Positions 58,978 through 64,000 of a DNA stretch of 64,000 nt are shown in pieces (position 1 is the first letter of the stretch; each line of letters starts with the position of its first letter). The stretch lies in NCBI GenBank assembly GCA_964016885.1, contig OZ024758.1, positions 1,178,001-1,242,000 of the forward strand, given 5' to 3'. Origin of the DNA: Eledone cirrhosa. Taxonomy: Eukaryota. The position numbers were made by a program, and so were the translations under genes. The notes beneath the pieces are model-generated. The model had not been told where the DNA came from and searched no databases. It saw only the letters and a program-made list of their open reading frames with translations.

Positions 58978-59379
58978 TGTATAATCTATAATATCGGTAT
59001 TTAATTTTATTCCTGCAGACTAGTCGTCTACCAAACAACAATTTCCCCCATCCTTTTCCCTCAGTTATACAATATAATCTAATAATTGTGTTTGACTTTA
59101 TTCCTTTGTTTAAATTCTGTGTAGTTATGAGTGCTGACAAAGATTGGAAACAGTGCTTTAAAATGTAAAATGATATTAGATATTATACATTCCAAAATGA
59201 GACATGAAATAATAAATACGGAACTAAGATTTCGAAATAGTCTTCGTTGATTAAGAACATTTCTGGCTACACAACAATGTCCAGTCATTCTCACTTTCTC
59301 TTACTGTCTCTATCTATAGAGTTATCAGAAATGCAGCCCTGAAATTTATTTCCTAAAATAATAACAATGTTCTCTTTTC

Positions 59380-59568
59380 GTGGTGTATTGGCAGTATCGG
59401 TAAAGGGTCGGACACCATGCTTTGAGGCATAGAGTTAACGCCCTTGCCACTCTGAGTTCAAATCCCGTCGAGGTTAACTTTGCCTTTCATCCTTACGGGG
59501 TCGATAAAATAAAGTACCAGTAATGTACTGGGATAATTGCTGACTTTGTGCCAAAAATAGAAACAATA
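59380..59568 (+). mobile_element. SINE copy
   Basis: Family match. Confidence 0.85.
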
Positions 59569-59829
59569 TATATATATGATAAACTGCAACAGAAACCCTA
59601 ACCCCCCATCTCAATTTTACTTTTGAAAATCGTAAGAACTGTGAAACCAGTAAATAAATAAGTATTCTTAAAAGACTCCAGTTGCATTTCCATGTTTAAG
59701 CATCGTTTTAATAAAACATTTTGACTTCTAATTTCAAAACATATCAGAGGAACAATCTTACTGACTGTATACTTAATATACTTAAACCACATGTGTGTGT
59801 ATTGGGAGGGATATGGATGGTTTGTTTAA

Positions 59830-60050
59830 CCCTTTAGCATTTAAACTGGCCGTATCCGGCCAGGATTCTCTCACCTCTTTCTATCCAAACCGGTTGTAAC
59901 AAGTCGCTCATACTTCTGTTAAGGTATTGTTCTCAAAATAAATAACATTGAAATCTTCTAGCTTCAATATTATCTAAGATAATTATGTAAGATAAAGCCT
60001 TTACCACAAAAATACAGTAGTATATATAGAGTAATGTAAATGCTAAAGGG
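59830..60050. mobile_element. piggyBac-type MITE
   Basis: TTAA-CCCTTTAGCATTTA ... TAAATGCTAAAGGG-TTAA. Confidence 0.9.
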
Positions 60051-60304
60051 TTAATCAAAGCAGCCTATATTAGGAAATCGAAGTTGATATGATTAGAATG
60101 TTTTTGTTGTTTAATATAACCTCCGCTGTGACAAAAGCTGTAAATCTACTGTGTATACACAAGGGAATATAACACATTTTCTCCAGGAGTTTCTAAGATG
60201 GTAATTACATCTATGATTTTATATACAGAGGGAGTGTATAACAGTACGACCACTACTACTACTACTAACACCATTACTACTACTACCACCCCTACTGCTA
60301 CCAT

Positions 60305-60366
<62 letters not shown>

Positions 60367-60709
60367 ACACCACCAATTTTATTTCTCCTCCTCTTTCGTT
60401 TCTATTTTCCCCTCCTAACCCACCACAGGTATTCCCAACTATAACATCTACCTTAATTCAAACATCACCTGAGCTATCTAACTTTCAGCAGCAGTCAAAA
60501 CGTCACATGTGTGTTCAGCTTGTATATTTTATAAATAAATGTGTACTAACTGAACACACATGTGACGTCAATACGTTAACCGACATCTACATATACTCAC
60601 ATATGTAGACAGACGAATACTCCCAGACACACCCACAGATTTTCCCTCACCCAAGCATTACCTTTTCAGACTTCACACATTTCAATAAAGCCAAATACAC
60701 CCGAGCTAA

Positions 60710-60900
60710 TCTCCTCTCTAAGTCTGAATATAGCAGAGGTCTTCCTCGGAGAGGAGGAATCCACCCTAGTGCTAGACTGGCGCTTTTTTTTATAGACCTT
60801 AAATGAATGGAAGGAAAAGTTGACCTCGGCGGGATTTGAACTCGGAAACGAATGCCGTTTGATCGCTTGATCAAACCCGAGCTGATCGATATAGAAACAA
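60710..60900 (-). mobile_element. SINE, diverged long-tail subfamily
   Basis: AAGTTGACCTCGGCGGGATTTGAACTC plus a tail resembling 13020-13140. Confidence 0.65.
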
Positions 60901-60954
60901 TTAATTGTAATATGGAATAAAGTTTACAAAAAGCTGCAATTCTTACGGTCACTT

Positions 60955-61023
<69 letters not shown>

Positions 61024-61060
61024 ATGTGTGTGTATATATATATGTATATATATATATATA

Positions 61061-61110
<50 letters not shown>

Positions 61111-61136
61111 TATGTGTGTGTATGTGTATGTATAAA

Positions 61137-61276
61137 TCAGAATGGATTCAATAAAAACGAGTTAGACCACGAGTTAGACCATTACTCATCAGAGTATTTA
61201 GGGTAGTAGGGTGGGTAATATGAAAAGTTCGTGACCCCGACGGTTGAGTTCCTGCCGTTTCAACAGTTAGCGAATT
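61137..61276 (-). mobile_element. Family A'-related element, diverged
   Basis: TAGGGTAGTAGGGTGGGTAATATGAAAAG...GACCCCGACGGTTGAGTTCCTGCCGTTTC; minus strand GAA-ACGGC...ACCGT-C. Confidence 0.7.
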
Positions 61277-61324
61277 TTTAATATATACACAGACACGCGC
61301 ACACACCCACACACATACACACAC

Positions 61325-61401
<77 letters not shown>

Positions 61402-61459
61402 AGTAAATAATCGAGAATCAGAATCTCGGCCCACGAAATAACGATAAACAATCTTCGAC

Positions 61460-61575
<116 letters not shown>

Positions 61576-61656
61576 GGTAAACAGAAATAACAACACAATC
61601 GGTACAGTATATGGAAGGGATATATTAGGTTAACACTTGAAATAGCAGGAAGAGGG

Positions 61657-61691
61657 TCTTAACTTTTCGGACGCTAGTCCTTCTTCAGAGG
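61657..61691 (-). ncRNA. Minimal Penelope-type hammerhead motif in microsatellite-flanked element 61572-61742 (family G)
   Basis: CCT-CTGAAGA-a-GGAC tagc GTCC-GAAA-AGTTA-AGA; perfect 4-bp stem II and a minimal stem III. Confidence 0.65.
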
Positions 61692-61739
61692 AAAGAATAA
61701 GAAATTATATAGATTGAAGGGACGGGTGGGGTGGGATTG

Positions 61740-61783
<44 letters not shown>

Positions 61784-61787
<4 letters not shown>

Positions 61788-61973
61788 TAAAATAACAGAT
61801 TAAAGTTTCAGCAAAGAATCGGTGCTTTCACCCTTAACGAGATCTTCTGAAAGTTGCTTAAACTTTAATCTGTTATTTTAATAAATATTTGCTCTAGGGT
61901 TCCTATATATTTGATATATATATATATCCTTATCGAGCCCTCTTTGGATTTTAGTCTTCACATTTATTATTAT

Positions 61974-61978
<5 letters not shown>
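61784..61978. mobile_element. Family F element with 5' inversion; the most complete copy
   Basis: Antisense hammerhead part (61784-61852) joined to the sense 3' part; overlapping arms form a hairpin; (TA)n flanks. Confidence 0.8.
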
Positions 61979-62031
<53 letters not shown>

Positions 62032-62574
62032 CCCTGTGTTTGTGCATGAGTGGTTATATGTTTAGCCTCACGTTCCGTGACATTCTCAATGGCTATTCGG
62101 ACATTCTGTCTCCTCTTTTGTAATAACTTCTCAATCTGTGTGTGCACGTATGAACGTATGTATAGTTCTTATGTCTAGATACGTGCAAATATACATATTA
62201 ACGAAAACTATCAATAACAGGCTGCTGCCTAGCTGCACAATGATATGCAATTAAGTTTGATGTTTTAGCCAAAAAATAAATTTTTTTAAACTTGCCTCTT
62301 TTAATTAGTGGCAACATGGAAATATCTAATCTAGCGATCTTATTCTCTAGATTTACTCAGGTTTTTCCTTGCTTGATGTGTCTTTTTATTTAGTTTATTC
62401 CTCATACTTGTTCTTCTTCTTGATCTTCTCCGTCTTAGTTATTTTTTTATATTTTGTATATATTTGATGTTCACTTATAAATTCTCTCAATGCTCACCGT
62501 GTGGATTTAATACGATATAAAATCTTTCCAATTCTCTCTCGTGCTGAGAAGTAGGAAAGAAGTTAACTTTAGAC

Positions 62575-62839
62575 CAAGCATGTCAAACATGCGGCCCTCT
62601 ACAAGCACACCTGCGGCCCGCACAAAGATTTTTAAAGCGCGAACATGTTTTATCTTCGTAATATAAAATTAGAAAAAAATTAGTTGTAATGTGTGCAATT
62701 CGTTGTCGTATGTGGGCCTCAGACAACACATATGTGACCCATGTGGGCCTCAGACAACACATATGTGACCCATGTGGGCCTCAGACAACACATATGTGAT
62801 CCATGTGGTCCTCGGGGGACCCTCAGTTTGACATGCCTG
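62575..62839. mobile_element. hAT-type MITE with internal 31-bp tandem repeat x3
   Basis: TIRs CAAGCATGTCAAAC / GTTTGACATGCCTG, subterminal GCGGCCC, 8-bp TSD-like CTTTAGAC / GTTTGGAC. Confidence 0.85.
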
Positions 62840-63127
62840 GTTTGGACTGTTCACCTGGATCTAATGCTTGCAATTGGGGGACTGTGCTAAAACTTGCTGA
62901 TAGGCGTTTATAAAGCACCCATCTACAAAATGTCACTTTAGTCGACACAAGTCTATCGTAGAATGCACTTGCCCAAGGTGCCATACACTTTTTGGAAACG
63001 AAATCCAATATATAACATACCTGTTCAGGCATATATTATTGTTGGGGTTTCTTCTTCATGCTTAATTTCACTTTAATTTCCACACATTTCTATACAAGTC
63101 ATCATCATCATCATCATCATCGTCGTG

Positions 63128-63177
<50 letters not shown>

Positions 63178-63403
63178 TATCAACATCACCTCTGTCGTAG
63201 TCGTCATGTTTTTTTGGTGTGGCGGTGTTGTTGTTTTTAATATCTTTCCTACGTTGTACTTACGTCAACAAGAAATACCGTCTACGTTATAAGGGCGTAA
63301 GTCAAGATATTGTTTCCCTTCTAGAAACATGTAAAGTTATTAATCTAATGTCCCAGCGGGTTTAATAGTATTATAATAGATGTTTATGGTGTAAACGTAT
63401 AAC

Positions 63404-63920
63404 TATACTTATAACGTACATATGTAGGTATTTATATAGCTATATATATACTTATAACGTACATATGTAGGTATTTATATAGCTTATATACTTATAACGT
63501 ACATATGTAGGTATTTATATAGCTATATATATACTTATAACGTACATATGTAGGTATTTATATAGCTTATATACTTATAACGTACATATGTAGGTATTTA
63601 TATAGCTTATATACTTATAACGTACATATGTAGGTATTTATATAGCTATATATATACTTATAACGTATATATGTAGGTATTTATATAGCTTATATACTTA
63701 TAACGTACATATGTAGGTATTTATATAGCTTATATACTTATAACGTACATATGTATGTAGGTATTTATATAGCTTATATACTTATAACGTACATATGTAG
63801 GTATTTATATAGCTATATATATACTTATAACGTATATATGTAGGTAATTATATAGCTATATACTTATAACGTATAATATTATGATATATATATACTTATA
63901 CTTATAATTTACATATGTAT
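63404..63920 (+). repeat. ~40-bp minisatellite x~12
   Basis: TATACTTATAACGTACATATGTAGGTATTTATATAGCT with variable TA length. Confidence 0.95.
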
Positions 63921-63953
63921 GCAGGTGTGTATATACGTACATGTATACGGATA

Positions 63954-64000
<47 letters not shown>

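Overview
AT-rich animal genomic DNA saturated with microsatellites, most likely from a cephalopod such as Octopus (inferred from the repeat style and SINE families). The only well-supported gene is one very large minus-strand coding exon (6485/5645 to 2486) of a pappalysin (PAPP-A-like metzincin). It encodes a hydrophobic signal-like segment, an unusually long (~980 aa) pro-region, a furin site and the start of the LamG-like domain, and ends at a GT donor. The remainder is non-coding: about 20 tRNA-derived SINE copies, Tc1/mariner, hAT, piggyBac and pogo MITEs or relics, LINE fragments and minisatellites. Almost all other listed ORFs are microsatellite artefacts. The main discovery is a set of at least six sequence-distinct families of short (100-350 bp) elements embedded in (TA)n tracts. 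They carry type I hammerhead-ribozyme cores or half-cores and form fold-back hairpins whose axes often fall in or next to the ribozyme. They are probably pseudo-LTR remnants of (AT)n-targeting Penelope-like retroelements or non-autonomous retrozyme-like derivatives. All assignments come from reading the sequence by eye; no searches or folding programs were run, and repeat boundaries are approximate.
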